Positions 22,285 to 31,476 are shown, counted from the stretch's first letter. The stretch: DNA of 64,000 nucleotides from Paracoccaceae bacterium (GCA_043727195.1 JAYSYZ010000136.1:637-64636), one strand, 5' to 3'. Notes: generated from the letters alone by a model not told the origin. Numbers and translations are program-made.

Positions 22285-23481
22285 ATGACGACCTTTCCCC
22301 TCAACCCCGCCTTCGCCCGCACCGATCCGCCGCCGGTAATGGAGGCGCGGCGCTGGCTGCAGGGCGTGACCTTCCCGCCCGGCCGCCCGCTGATCAACGT
22401 CAGCCAGGCCGCCCCGGTGGACAGCCCGCCCCTCGGCCTGCGGCAGGCCCTTGCCGATGCCGCCCTCAATGACCCCGACGCGCATCTCTACGGCCCCGTC
22501 CTCGGTCTGCCCGCCCTCCGTGCCGAAATTGCCAGCCAGTGGTCGGCGGCTTACGGCGGCAGCATCGCGCCCGCGCAGGTTGCCATCACCCAGGGCTGCA
22601 ATCAGGCCTTCACTGCCGTGATGTCGACTCTCGCCGGGCCGGGGGATGCGGTGATCCTGCCGACGCCATGGTATTTCAACCATAAAATGTGGCTCGACAT
22701 GGCCTCGGTCACCGCCGTGCCGCTGGATACCGGCCCGACGCTGATCCCCTCGGCCGAGGCGGCGGCGCGGCTGATCACATCCGCGACCAGGGCAATCGTG
22801 CTGGTCAGCCCCAACAACCCCGGTGGCGTCGAATATCCGGCCGAGGTTCTGACCGCGTTTCGTGACCTTGCCCGCGCCCACGGCCTTGCCCTGATCGTCG
22901 ATGAAACCTACCGCGATTTCGACAGCCGCCACTCCGTTGACCTCGGGGGCCGTCCGCATGACCTGTTCACCGCTTCCGATTGGTCTGACACCTTCATCCA
23001 CCTCTACAGCTTTTCCAAGGCTTACCGCCTGACCGGCCACCGCGTTGGCGCTATCGTCGCCTCCGAAGGGCGCGTGGCAGAGGTGGAGAAATTCCTTGAT
23101 ACCGTCGCCATCTGCCCCAGCCAGCTTGGCCAGATTGCAGCGCTCTGGGGCATGCGGAACCTTGGCGAGTGGGTGGCAGGCGAACGTGACGAAATCCTCG
23201 CCCGCCGCCGCGCGATGAGCGAAGGCTTTGCCGCGCTGCAGGGCTGGAAGCTGCTCGGCTGCGGCGCCTATTTCGCCTATGTCGAGCATCCGTTCGACAT
23301 CGCCTCGGACGTCTTGTGCAAACGTCTGGTGACCGGGGCGTCGCTGCTGATGCTGCCCGGCACGATGTTTCAGCCGGCAGGGTCAGCCGCCGGAAAACGT
23401 CAGATCCGCATCGCGTTCGCCAACGTCGATGCGGCCGGCATCGCCGAGATGTTCCGCCGTCTGGCCGCCTTCCGGCTCTGA
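22285..23481 (+). CDS. PLP-dependent aminotransferase (class I/II)
   Basis: 398 aa fold-type I aminotransferase (SPNNPGG, YSFSKAYRLTGHR). Substrate not assignable. Confidence 0.85.
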   Translation: MTTFPLNPAFARTDPPPVMEARRWLQGVTFPPGRPLINVSQAAPVDSPPLGLRQALADAALNDPDAHLYGPVLGLPALRAEIASQWSAAYGGSIAPAQVAITQGCNQAFTAVMSTLAGPGDAVILPTPWYFNHKMWLDMASVTAVPLDTGPTLIPSAEAAARLITSATRAIVLVSPNNPGGVEYPAEVLTAFRDLARAHGLALIVDETYRDFDSRHSVDLGGRPHDLFTASDWSDTFIHLYSFSKAYRLTGHRVGAIVASEGRVAEVEKFLDTVAICPSQLGQIAALWGMRNLGEWVAGERDEILARRRAMSEGFAALQGWKLLGCGAYFAYVEHPFDIASDVLCKRLVTGASLLMLPGTMFQPAGSAAGKRQIRIAFANVDAAGIAEMFRRLAAFRL

Positions 23482-23564
23482 ATGCGCAATCGGGATGGGC
23501 CGCAAACCTTGCCAAAAGGTTAACAAAATTCGTGATATTGTGGGTTATCAATGGTTTATGAGTT

Positions 23565-23580
23565 ATAACACGCGTGTTAT
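23565..23580. promoter_or_regulatory. Perfect 16-bp palindrome ATAACACGCGTGTTAT in an AT-rich spacer (candidate operator)
   Basis: Read directly from the sequence. It lies about 100 nt upstream of the PpiD-like ATG, inside an AT-rich stretch carrying several GTTAT/GTTAA words. Confidence 0.3.
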
Positions 23581-23678
23581 CGCGGGGGGGTGGCCTCGCT
23601 TTTCCGGCTGCGCCACATCTTGCCCCGCCGCCCCCTTCGCTCTATTCACACCCCCAGACCCAATCTCAAGGCAGAGCC

Positions 23679-25550
23679 ATGGCCAAGACCCCGGAACCCG
23701 AGATCCGCAAACCGAAAAGCAAGGCCAAAGAGGTCGCGGGCTGGCTTTTGATGGGGATGCTGATCCTCGGCCTCGGCGGCTTCGGGGTGACGAATTTCGG
23801 TGGCGGCGTCACCTCCATCGGCAGCGTCGGCAACACCAGGATTTCGACCGACGACTACGCCCGCGCCTTCCAGGCCCAGCTTGCCACCTTCAGCCAACAG
23901 GTCGGCCAGCAGATTTCCGCGCAGGAGGCGATTGCCTTCGGTCTTGACCGGCAGGTCCTGCAAAGCATCATCACCCGCGCCGCACTCGACAACGAGGCGC
24001 AGCGGGTCGGCCTGTCGGTCGGCGACGCCACCGTGGCTGCGGAACTGACCGGCATGGACGCGTTCAAGGGCGTCTCGGGCAGCTTCGACCGCGAGGCGTA
24101 CCGCTTCACCCTTGATCGCAGCAACCTCACCGAGGCGGAATACGAGGCCAACCTGCGCCGTGACATCGCGCGCACGCTTTTTCAGGGCGCGGTCGGCGGC
24201 GGCATCAAAGCCCCCGCCGCGATGACCGACACGCTCTACGCCTGGGTCGGCGAACGGCGCGGTTTTTCGATGCTGCGGCTGGGCGAGGCGGATCTGACGG
24301 AACCGCTGCCCGAACCCACCGTTGCCGAACTTCAGGCCCATTATGACGCCAACGTCGCCAGCTTCACCAAGCCAGAGGCGAAGCGGATCACCTATGCAGC
24401 ACTGCTGCCCGAAACCATCGCAAAGGACCAGCCGGTCGACGAGGCGCTTTTGGCAAAGATGTATCAGGATCGGATAGACGAATTCGTTGTGCCCGAGCGG
24501 CGGCTGGTCGAACGGCTGGTTTATCCCGATCAGGCCGCCGCCGATGCAGCCGGGGCCAGGCTGGACGCCGGCGAGGCATTTGAGACGCTGGTTGCCGACC
24601 GTGGCCTGACGCTGGACGCAATCGACCTCGGCGACGTGGCAAGGGAAGACCTTGGTCAGGCCGCTGAAGCAGTGTTCGCTCTGACCAAGCCCGGGGTTGT
24701 CGGGCCGGTGCCGACCGACCTTGGGCCGGCAATCTTTCGCGTCAACGCGATCCTGACGGCAGAGGAGACAACTTTCGAACAGGCCCGCGACACGCTGGCC
24801 ATCGAGATGCGGACCGAAGCCGCCCGCCGCCAGATTGCCGATCAGGTGGAGACTGTCGACGATCTTCTGGCTGGCGGCGCAAGCCTGGAAGACCTGGCAA
24901 AAGAGGTTGGAATGACTCTGGCCACGCTGGACCATGTGCCCGCCCGGCAGGGTGATGCACCGATCGAAGGCTATCCCGCCTTCCGGACCGCCGCCGACGC
25001 GGTCGCAGCCGGCGATTTCGCCGAGGCCATCGTGCTGGAAGACGGCGGCCTTGTCGCGCTGCGACTGGACGAAATCGTGCCCGCCGCCCCGATCCCATTT
25101 GACGAGGCACGCGACGCCGTGGCCGAGGCCTGGCGCAAGGACGCGGTTGCCAAGGCCTTGTCTGCGCGCGGCGTCGAGATCAAGGCCGAACTTGAGGGCG
25201 GCGCAGCCCTCGGCACATTCGGCATCGTCGACGTGACACCGGAAATCGCCCGCGACGGGGTGGTGAACGGTGCGCCGGACACCCTGTTGCCTGAGGTGTT
25301 CGAGATGCAGGAAGGTGACGTTCGGGTGATCGAAGCCGATGGTTTCGTCGCCGTAGTCAGGTTGGACCGCATCATCCCCGCCGCCCGCGACGGTGACGAC
25401 GCCACGGCGATGCAGGCCGCCCTTGCGGCGCAGATCGAGCAGGCAATTTCGACCGATGCCTTCAGCGCCTTTACCGATGCGCTGACAGCCGAGGCGGGCA
25501 TCACCTTGGATCAGGCGGCGATCAATGCCGTTCACGCCAGCCTGCCCTGA
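23679..25550 (+). CDS. SurA N-domain / PpiD-like periplasmic chaperone (peptidyl-prolyl isomerase family)
   Basis: The ATG at 23679 gives a basic N-terminus plus a single TM segment (AGWLLMGMLILGLGGFG), followed by a long periplasmic PpiD-like region. Confidence 0.85.
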   Translation: MAKTPEPEIRKPKSKAKEVAGWLLMGMLILGLGGFGVTNFGGGVTSIGSVGNTRISTDDYARAFQAQLATFSQQVGQQISAQEAIAFGLDRQVLQSIITRAALDNEAQRVGLSVGDATVAAELTGMDAFKGVSGSFDREAYRFTLDRSNLTEAEYEANLRRDIARTLFQGAVGGGIKAPAAMTDTLYAWVGERRGFSMLRLGEADLTEPLPEPTVAELQAHYDANVASFTKPEAKRITYAALLPETIAKDQPVDEALLAKMYQDRIDEFVVPERRLVERLVYPDQAAADAAGARLDAGEAFETLVADRGLTLDAIDLGDVAREDLGQAAEAVFALTKPGVVGPVPTDLGPAIFRVNAILTAEETTFEQARDTLAIEMRTEAARRQIADQVETVDDLLAGGASLEDLAKEVGMTLATLDHVPARQGDAPIEGYPAFRTAADAVAAGDFAEAIVLEDGGLVALRLDEIVPAAPIPFDEARDAVAEAWRKDAVAKALSARGVEIKAELEGGAALGTFGIVDVTPEIARDGVVNGAPDTLLPEVFEMQEGDVRVIEADGFVAVVRLDRIIPAARDGDDATAMQAALAAQIEQAISTDAFSAFTDALTAEAGITLDQAAINAVHASLP

Positions 25551-25551
25551 G

Positions 25552-27060
25552 ATGCAGCTTTCCCCAACCTTTGCAGCATTCGAGGCGGCATGGGCTGAGG
25601 GCCGCAACCAGATCGTCTGGGCGCGGCTGGCAGCCGACCTTGATACCCCGGTCAGCCTGATGCTGAAGCTGGGCGAGGCGCGGGCCGACACGTTCATGCT
25701 CGAATCGGTAACCGGCGGCGAGGTGCGGGGCCGCTACTCCATCGTCGGTTTGAAGCCGGATCTGATCTGGCAATGCCTTGGCGGCAGCAGCCGGATCAAC
25801 CGCGAGGCGCGTTTTGATCCTACGGCGTTTGCTGACCTGCAGGGCCATCCGCTGGACACGCTGCGCGCCCTGTTGTCGGAGTGCAGGATCGACATGCCCG
25901 AAGGCTTGCCGCCGGTGGCGGCGGGTCTATTCGGTTACCTCGGCTATGACATGATCCGGCTGGTCGAGCATCTGCCGGACGTGAACCCCGATCCCCTGGG
26001 CCTGCCCGATGCGGTGCTGATGCGGCCATCCGTCGTGGCGGTGCTGGACGGGGTCAAGGGTGATGTGACGGTCGTTGCGCCAGCCTGGGTCGGATCGGGC
26101 CTGACGGCGCGGGCGGCCTATGCGCAGGCGGCGGAGCGGGTGATGGACAGCTTGCGCGACCTTGATCGGTCACCGGCGGTGCCTCGCGATCTGGGCGAGG
26201 CAACCCCGGTCGGTGTGCCCCGGTCGAACTTCACGCATGACGGCTACAAGGCGGCGGTGGACAAGGCAAAGGCGTATATCCGGGCGGGCGATATCTTTCA
26301 GGTGGTGCCAAGCCAACGCTGGGCGCAGCGTTTTGACTTGCCGCCTTTCGCGCTGTACCGGTCGCTGCGGCGGACCAATCCGTCGCCTTTCATGTTCTTC
26401 TTCAATTTTGGCGGTTTTCAGGTGGTGGGCGCCAGCCCGGAAATCCTTGTCCGTCTGCGCGATGGCGAGGTAACGGTGCGCCCGATTGCGGGCACCCGCA
26501 AGCGGGGCGCCACGCCCGAAGAGGACCGCGCGCTGGAGGCTGATCTGCTGGCCGATCCGAAGGAGCGGGCGGAGCATCTGATGCTGTTGGATCTCGGCCG
26601 CAACGATGTGGGTCGAGTCGCTCGTGTAGGTTCGGTGCGGCCGACCGAGACCTTCATCATCGAACGCTACAGCCATGTGATGCACATCGTGTCGAACGTT
26701 GTGGGCCAGATTGCCGAGGGCGAGGATGCGCTGTCTGCTCTGCTGGCGGGACTGCCGGCTGGTACCGTGTCGGGTGCCCCCAAGGTGCGGGCAATGCAGA
26801 TCATCGACGAGCTGGAGCCGGAAAAGCGCGGCATCTATGGCGGCGGAGTGGGCTATTTCGCGGCCAATGGCGAGATGGACTTCTGCATCGCGCTGCGCAC
26901 GGCGGTCTTGAAGGACGAGACGCTTTACATCCAGGCAGGCGGCGGGGTGGTCCACGACAGCGACCCGGAAGCTGAGTATCAGGAAACCGTCAACAAATCC
27001 AACGCATTACGTCGTGCGGCGGCAGACGCTGGGCTGTTCGCCCGGCGCGGCAACCTTTAA
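25552..27060 (+). CDS. trpE: Anthranilate synthase component I
   Basis: TrpE motifs are present (LESV, GDIFQVVPSQR, GAPKVRAMQIIDELE). ATG at 25552 lies 1 nt after the upstream stop; alternative ATG at 25525. Confidence 0.95.
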   Translation: MQLSPTFAAFEAAWAEGRNQIVWARLAADLDTPVSLMLKLGEARADTFMLESVTGGEVRGRYSIVGLKPDLIWQCLGGSSRINREARFDPTAFADLQGHPLDTLRALLSECRIDMPEGLPPVAAGLFGYLGYDMIRLVEHLPDVNPDPLGLPDAVLMRPSVVAVLDGVKGDVTVVAPAWVGSGLTARAAYAQAAERVMDSLRDLDRSPAVPRDLGEATPVGVPRSNFTHDGYKAAVDKAKAYIRAGDIFQVVPSQRWAQRFDLPPFALYRSLRRTNPSPFMFFFNFGGFQVVGASPEILVRLRDGEVTVRPIAGTRKRGATPEEDRALEADLLADPKERAEHLMLLDLGRNDVGRVARVGSVRPTETFIIERYSHVMHIVSNVVGQIAEGEDALSALLAGLPAGTVSGAPKVRAMQIIDELEPEKRGIYGGGVGYFAANGEMDFCIALRTAVLKDETLYIQAGGGVVHDSDPEAEYQETVNKSNALRRAAADAGLFARRGNL

Positions 27061-27245
27061 AGGGCATACCCAAAAAGCTGCACCCTAATTCCCGCGCGGA
27101 TCATGTGATCACTGGGGCAGGGTGACGATTGGTTCAGCTTTGATGTATGGAATGCTGAACCGCCTTGACAGCGTCAAACACCCTTGGCGACCCGGCAGGC
27201 TATGGCGGGGCGCTGCTTTGCACGAAACCCGCCTCTGCTGGCGCG

Positions 27246-28973
27246 TCAGTCGATGGCAAGGACCGCCGACAGGGGCGCAAGTGCGACCGTCGCGGCGCGG
27301 CCCTCTACCGTCCATTCGAGGAGTGCCGCAACGGTTTCGTCGGTCGTGCGGCCGACCACGGTCACCCGTCCGTCCTGCGCCGATTTGAACGCGGCGCGGT
27401 CCAGCCCACGCCGAATTGCGGTGCGGTCTTCACCGGCACCGTCGATCGGGCGGAATATGACGGCGGCAGCCAGATCCTCGCGCCGGGCGACCTGATCGGC
27501 GGCGTTCAGGCCCTGATCCCAGGTCAACAGCCCGCGCCCCTGTGCCGCCACGACCGGCACCACCAGGCTGGCGAGCGGTCGGTTGTCCTGAAACCGCATC
27601 TCTGGCAGGTCCATCACGGCGACAGCTTCGGGCAGGCCCCGGCCCATCGCCTCAAAGGCCACCTCGACGTCGGAGGCCTGCGCACCTTCGACGATGCCGG
27701 TTGCCAGCATCACCACTTCCTTGCCCGCTGCCCGGTAGATTGCGGCACGGTCCGGCGTGGCGGGATCGAGTGGATCGAGGGCAAAACTGACCGGAAAGGG
27801 CAGGCTGGCAAGGGCCACGCGATCCAGCGTTGACGCGCCGTCGTCGATTAGCACGACTGCGAAAAGCGGCTTGGCACCGGGATTGTCGAAGGCAGCGGCA
27901 TGGACCACGCGGGGCCGGGTGTCCGGCGGATCGGCTGCAGCAGGATCAGCAGCGGGGGGCGGTTCACTGGCCGGAGCGTCACCGATCCTTGGCAGGCGAC
28001 CGACGATCACGCCTTCGGCGCTGCCACGGAAGCCCGGGGCAGGCGGCAGTGTGGAGCCAGGCGGGTCTTGAGCGTCGGGCAGTGCGGCGATCTCGGGTTT
28101 CGGCAAGATCACAGGCGGTGTGGGGGGCTTGACCGGCGCGTCGTCCGCAGGCTGTTGCGCCGTTCTGACTTCAGGGGCAGATTCCGGCGCCAAATCGGGG
28201 GCGGTGTCGGGTTGGACGAGCACCACTTCCGGTTCCGTCTTGGGTGGCGGCATCGCCCCGGCATCAGGATTGACTTCGGGGGCGGGAACCACGGCAGCCG
28301 CGGCGGATGCTTCCGGCGCAGGATCAGCTTCGGCGATCCCGGCGGTTGCTGCTTTGGGTGGCAAGGGTGCCGGGTTCTCCATCGAGGCGATAATCGTATC
28401 CTGATCCGGAATTGGCGGTTGCGCCGGATATCTTGGCTGATCGGGCAAGGGTATTTCGGTTACGGTGGAGGCGACCAGATCGGTATCGATCGGCTCTGGC
28501 GCCAGCGGTGGTGCCGTCTTTGTCATGGGCGGCACCATTGGTGCGGCGTCGACCGGGGCCTCTTCGACCGACGTCGCAGGTTCGGAGGCGGGCGCCTGCT
28601 TTGCCGCATCAGCTGCTACAATGCCGGCTTCAGGTCCCTGCCCGGTTATTGCGCCGTCTTTGGCTGTGGCCACGGCGGTGGGGTCGTTCGCGCTTGCCTC
28701 GGCTGCGGTGGCTGCGGCTTCTGGGACGGACTCCGACGCGGCGACTGGTGCTTTTGGGTCGACAGGTACAGCGACTTTGGCCGGGGCAGCCGCAGGTTCT
28801 GGCTGAGGGTTGCTGGCGTCTGTCGCGGTGATTACTTTTTTAACGGGCTGCGCTGCAACATGTGCGGCGTCCGGCTTGCCGCGCATGACCGGGTTGATCA
28901 GTGAAGCTGCGACCAGGCCCCCTGCCACCGTGACCCCGCCAACGAACGCCCCAAACAAAAACTTGCCGATCAC
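27246..28973 (-). CDS. Divergent polysaccharide deacetylase (YibQ-like) with N-terminal TM helix and ~350-aa Pro/Ala/Glu-rich linker
   Basis: GTG at 28973 is preceded by GGAGG. TM segment IGKFLFGAFVGGVTVAGGLVAASL. The C-terminal ~230 aa are YibQ-like (FAVVLIDDG..., LPFPVSFALDP). Confidence 0.8.
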   Translation of the reverse strand: MIGKFLFGAFVGGVTVAGGLVAASLINPVMRGKPDAAHVAAQPVKKVITATDASNPQPEPAAAPAKVAVPVDPKAPVAASESVPEAAATAAEASANDPTAVATAKDGAITGQGPEAGIVAADAAKQAPASEPATSVEEAPVDAAPMVPPMTKTAPPLAPEPIDTDLVASTVTEIPLPDQPRYPAQPPIPDQDTIIASMENPAPLPPKAATAGIAEADPAPEASAAAAVVPAPEVNPDAGAMPPPKTEPEVVLVQPDTAPDLAPESAPEVRTAQQPADDAPVKPPTPPVILPKPEIAALPDAQDPPGSTLPPAPGFRGSAEGVIVGRLPRIGDAPASEPPPAADPAAADPPDTRPRVVHAAAFDNPGAKPLFAVVLIDDGASTLDRVALASLPFPVSFALDPLDPATPDRAAIYRAAGKEVVMLATGIVEGAQASDVEVAFEAMGRGLPEAVAVMDLPEMRFQDNRPLASLVVPVVAAQGRGLLTWDQGLNAADQVARREDLAAAVIFRPIDGAGEDRTAIRRGLDRAAFKSAQDGRVTVVGRTTDETVAALLEWTVEGRAATVALAPLSAVLAID

Positions 28974-29212
28974 TACTGCCTCCGACCTAGCGCCGTGGTG
29001 TAAACATGGAACGTCACCTGGCGCGCGGCGCAAAGTCTTGTATTGTGATCCATGCGCGTTTTCGTGGTGTCCCTGAAGCTTTTACTGCCGCTTTCGCGCA
29101 GCATAGCGCGACCTTGCCGCTGCATCATCCCTTATCGTGACAAAGGCGGCAAGTCGCCGTTTGCGCCAGCCCGCACCATGCCGGAAGCTCAGCCAGTGCC
29201 CCACAGATAGTT

Positions 29213-29286
29213 TGGAGGCGGGTACCGGAATCGAACCGGTCTTCACGGATTTGCAATCCGCTGCGTAACCTCTCCGCCAACCCGCC
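29213..29286 (-). tRNA. tRNA-Cys (anticodon GCA)
   Basis: Reverse complement is GGCGGGT...ACCCGCC-T-CCA. Anticodon arm GCGGA-TTGCAAA-TCCGT; T arm ACCGG-TTCGATT-CCGGT. Confidence 0.92.
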
Positions 29287-29336
29287 GCGATGAGTGTGCG
29301 GGGGATAGCGGATCGGTGGCGGGGCTGCAAGAGGCT

Positions 29337-29403
29337 GGTGTTTTGGGTCAAGGTTTCGGGCCAAGGTGTTTCGGGCCAAGGTTTCGGGCCAAGGTGTTTC
29401 GGG
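29337..29403. repeat. Tandem repeat, ~2.4 copies of a 28-bp unit (alternating 15- and 13-bp subunits GGTGTTTCGGGCCAA / GGTTTCGGGCCAA)
   Basis: Read directly from the sequence: units at 29337-29351, 29352-29364, 29365-29379, 29380-29392 and a partial unit from 29393. Confidence 0.9.
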
Positions 29404-29461
29404 ATTGACCCTGACCCGTGGTTGGCGGTCAGATGCGGGCAATGGACCGGAGGCAAGTGGA

Positions 29462-30274
29462 ATGCGGCAGAGGCACAGGTTCTGGGCGGATTACACGGCG
29501 CGGGAATTTGCGGCGCTGCACCGGGGCAACCTGATCGCCGTTTTGCCGGTGAGCGCGGTCGAACAGCACGGTCCGCATCTGCCCATGTCGGTGGACCGCG
29601 ATATCCTGAACGGAATCATTGCGGCAGCGCTGCCGTTGATCCCTGACGATTGCCCGGCGCTGTTCCTGCCGACCTGTGCCATCGGTAAGTCGAACGAGCA
29701 TTCGGCCTGGCCCGGCACGCTGACCTTGTCGGCAACGACGCTGATGGCGATGTGGACCGAAATCGGCGATTCGGTGGCCACGGCGGGGGTGCGAAAGCTG
29801 ATCCTGCTGAACTCGCATGGCGGGCAGATTGCGCCAATGGACATCGTGGCACGCGATTTGCGGGTCAAGCACGGGATGCTGACGGTGGCGGCCAACTGGT
29901 TTGGGATGGGTGCGCCGGAAGGGGTGATTTCCGACGATGAAGAGCGTCTGGGCATCCATGCCGGCGATAAGGAAACGTCGATGATGCTGGCATTGCAGCC
30001 GCATCTGGTCGACATGGAACATGCCCGTGACTTTCCGGCGGGGCAGGCAAATTTCACCGGTCTGCTGGGCCTGTCACCTGCGGGCAAGCTGGGCTGGCAG
30101 ATGCAGGATCTGAACGCAGCCGGAGTGTGCGGCAATGCCACGGCGGCGTCGGCCCAAAAGGGACATGCTTGTGTTGACCATGCAGCGCGGCAACTGGTGG
30201 CGCTGCTGGGTGAGGTGCAGCGGATGCCACTGGACTGGCTGGCCAGCAAGGCGGATCCGGATGCCTATGCCTGA
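29462..30274 (+). CDS. Creatininase-family amidohydrolase
   Basis: ATG at 29462 with a GGAGG SD. Family motifs are present (LPVSAVEQHGPHLP, LNSHGGQ, HAGDKETS). Confidence 0.85.
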   Translation: MRQRHRFWADYTAREFAALHRGNLIAVLPVSAVEQHGPHLPMSVDRDILNGIIAAALPLIPDDCPALFLPTCAIGKSNEHSAWPGTLTLSATTLMAMWTEIGDSVATAGVRKLILLNSHGGQIAPMDIVARDLRVKHGMLTVAANWFGMGAPEGVISDDEERLGIHAGDKETSMMLALQPHLVDMEHARDFPAGQANFTGLLGLSPAGKLGWQMQDLNAAGVCGNATAASAQKGHACVDHAARQLVALLGEVQRMPLDWLASKADPDAYA

Positions 30275-30353
30275 CCGCTTGCAAACGACAGCGCGGTGAT
30301 GTATTTCTTGATAAATAAAAATGCGCTACGTTTTCCATGGAAAGGATCTCATC

Positions 30354-30737
30354 ATGGCCGCTTTGTTGCATTTGCCAGTTGACGTTCCAGCGCGCGGGCT
30401 GGTCCTGTCCAAGGCTGCGCTGGCTGCCGCTGACCGGCTGGGGCTGACCGCGCGGACCCTGGCGCGGATCATCGGGGTGTCGGAACCCACCGTTTCCCGG
30501 ATGAGGCGCGGCGATCTTGGGTTGGAGGAGGGGACGAAACCTTTTGAACTGGCCGCTTTGCTGATCCGCGTCTTCCGGTCGCTGGATGCGGTGACGGGCG
30601 GCGACGAACGGGTAGCACGGGCCTGGGTACAGGCGGAAAATCTGGCGCTGGGTGGTGTGCCGGCGGCAAAGATGGTTTCGGTGCAGGGGTTGTGCGATGT
30701 CGTCACCTATCTGGACGCGAGACGCGCTCCGCTCTGA
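30354..30737 (+). CDS. Xre-like antitoxin with C-terminal toxin-binding DUF2384 domain (ParS/MbcA type)
   Basis: HTH (LARIIGVSEPTVSRMRRG) plus a DUF2384-like C-terminus (WVQAENLALGGVPAAKM). ATG at 30354 has a GGAAAGG SD; the ORF opens at 30321. Confidence 0.85.
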   Translation: MAALLHLPVDVPARGLVLSKAALAAADRLGLTARTLARIIGVSEPTVSRMRRGDLGLEEGTKPFELAALLIRVFRSLDAVTGGDERVARAWVQAENLALGGVPAAKMVSVQGLCDVVTYLDARRAPL

Positions 30738-31476
30738 ACTGCGGGCCTTTCGGGGCAAGGCCTGGCGTCTGGTCGAGGCGCAGCATCGGGTTTCGACCCT
30801 GAAGCTGGTCAACACACTTGCCGAGCAGGCGGTACTGGAGGAGTTGCTGGAGGCGACCAAGCCGCCGCTACCCGACGCATGCCGGGGCCTTGACTATCTT
30901 CTCTCGACGCCCTTCCGCTATCGCCCGTATCCGCATGGGTCGCGCTTTCGGCGCGCCGGATTTACCGCCGGTGTCTGGTATGGGGCCGAACGGGCCGAGA
31001 CGGCAGTGGCCGAGATGGTGTTCTACCGGTTTCTGTTCTATGCCGAGGCGCCCGCTGTGCCGTTTCCGGATGGCGCGGCCGACTACACCGGGTTTGCGGT
31101 GCCTGTTGCTACCGGGGCGGCGCTGGACCTGACCGCGCTACCGCTGGTCAATGATGCGGCGTATTGGACGCATCCGACCGATTATGGCGCATGTCAGGCG
31201 CTGGCCGATGCGGCGCGAGAAGCAGGGGCAGGGCTGTTGCGCGCAGCGTCGGCGCGTGACCCGAAGGGCGGTGCGAACCTCGCTATACTGACCTGCGCAG
31301 CTTTTGCGGCCAAGGCCCCGACCGACCGGCAGACTTGGCGGATCAGGGTTGGTCCGAATGGCGCGCAGGCGATCCGTGAACATCCCGCGAAGGGAATCGA
31401 ATTTGGTCGCAACGTCTTTGCCACTGATCCACGGCTTGTAGGGATGCGTTGGGACCGGCCACGTGTGGGTGGTTAG
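30697..31476 (+). CDS. RES-domain toxin (NAD+ phosphorylase / ParT-MbcT family)
   Basis: 259 aa from the ATG at 30697, overlapping the antitoxin 3' end by 41 nt. N-terminus AWRLVEAQHRVSTLKLV; candidate R/E/S residues (GSRFRR, AERAETAVAEM, ASARDP). Confidence 0.8.
   Translation: MSSPIWTRDALRSELRAFRGKAWRLVEAQHRVSTLKLVNTLAEQAVLEELLEATKPPLPDACRGLDYLLSTPFRYRPYPHGSRFRRAGFTAGVWYGAERAETAVAEMVFYRFLFYAEAPAVPFPDGAADYTGFAVPVATGAALDLTALPLVNDAAYWTHPTDYGACQALADAAREAGAGLLRAASARDPKGGANLAILTCAAFAAKAPTDRQTWRIRVGPNGAQAIREHPAKGIEFGRNVFATDPRLVGMRWDRPRVGG

Noticed and set aside
23646-25697. Very long antisense ORFs opposite real genes, for example 683 aa (23646..25697), 665 aa (51538..53535), 571 aa (54150..55865), 466 aa (5232..6632) and 393 aa (1041..2222)
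   Set aside because: Each lies opposite a gene with clear family motifs. Their translations are low-complexity and R/P/G/H-rich with no motifs, which is the usual high-GC stop-codon-depletion artefact.
27131-27177. Inverted repeats GGTTCAGC-N15-GCTGAACC and TTGAC-AGC-GTCAA between convergent trpE and the YibQ-like gene
   Set aside because: They are plausible bidirectional terminator structures, but the stems are short or AT-poor, the first loop is long, and there are no T-tracts. The evidence is too weak to annotate.
29337-29403. CRISPR-like array
   Set aside because: The repeats are directly tandem with no unique spacers, only about 67 bp in total, and there are no cas genes in the window.
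29213-31476. Genomic island integrated at tRNA-Cys, carrying the creatininase gene and the RES/Xre toxin-antitoxin pair
   Set aside because: The accessory-looking genes lie on the 5' side of the tRNA, whereas islands normally integrate at the 3' end. I found no integrase and no direct repeat of the tRNA 3' end, and composition is not obviously different.
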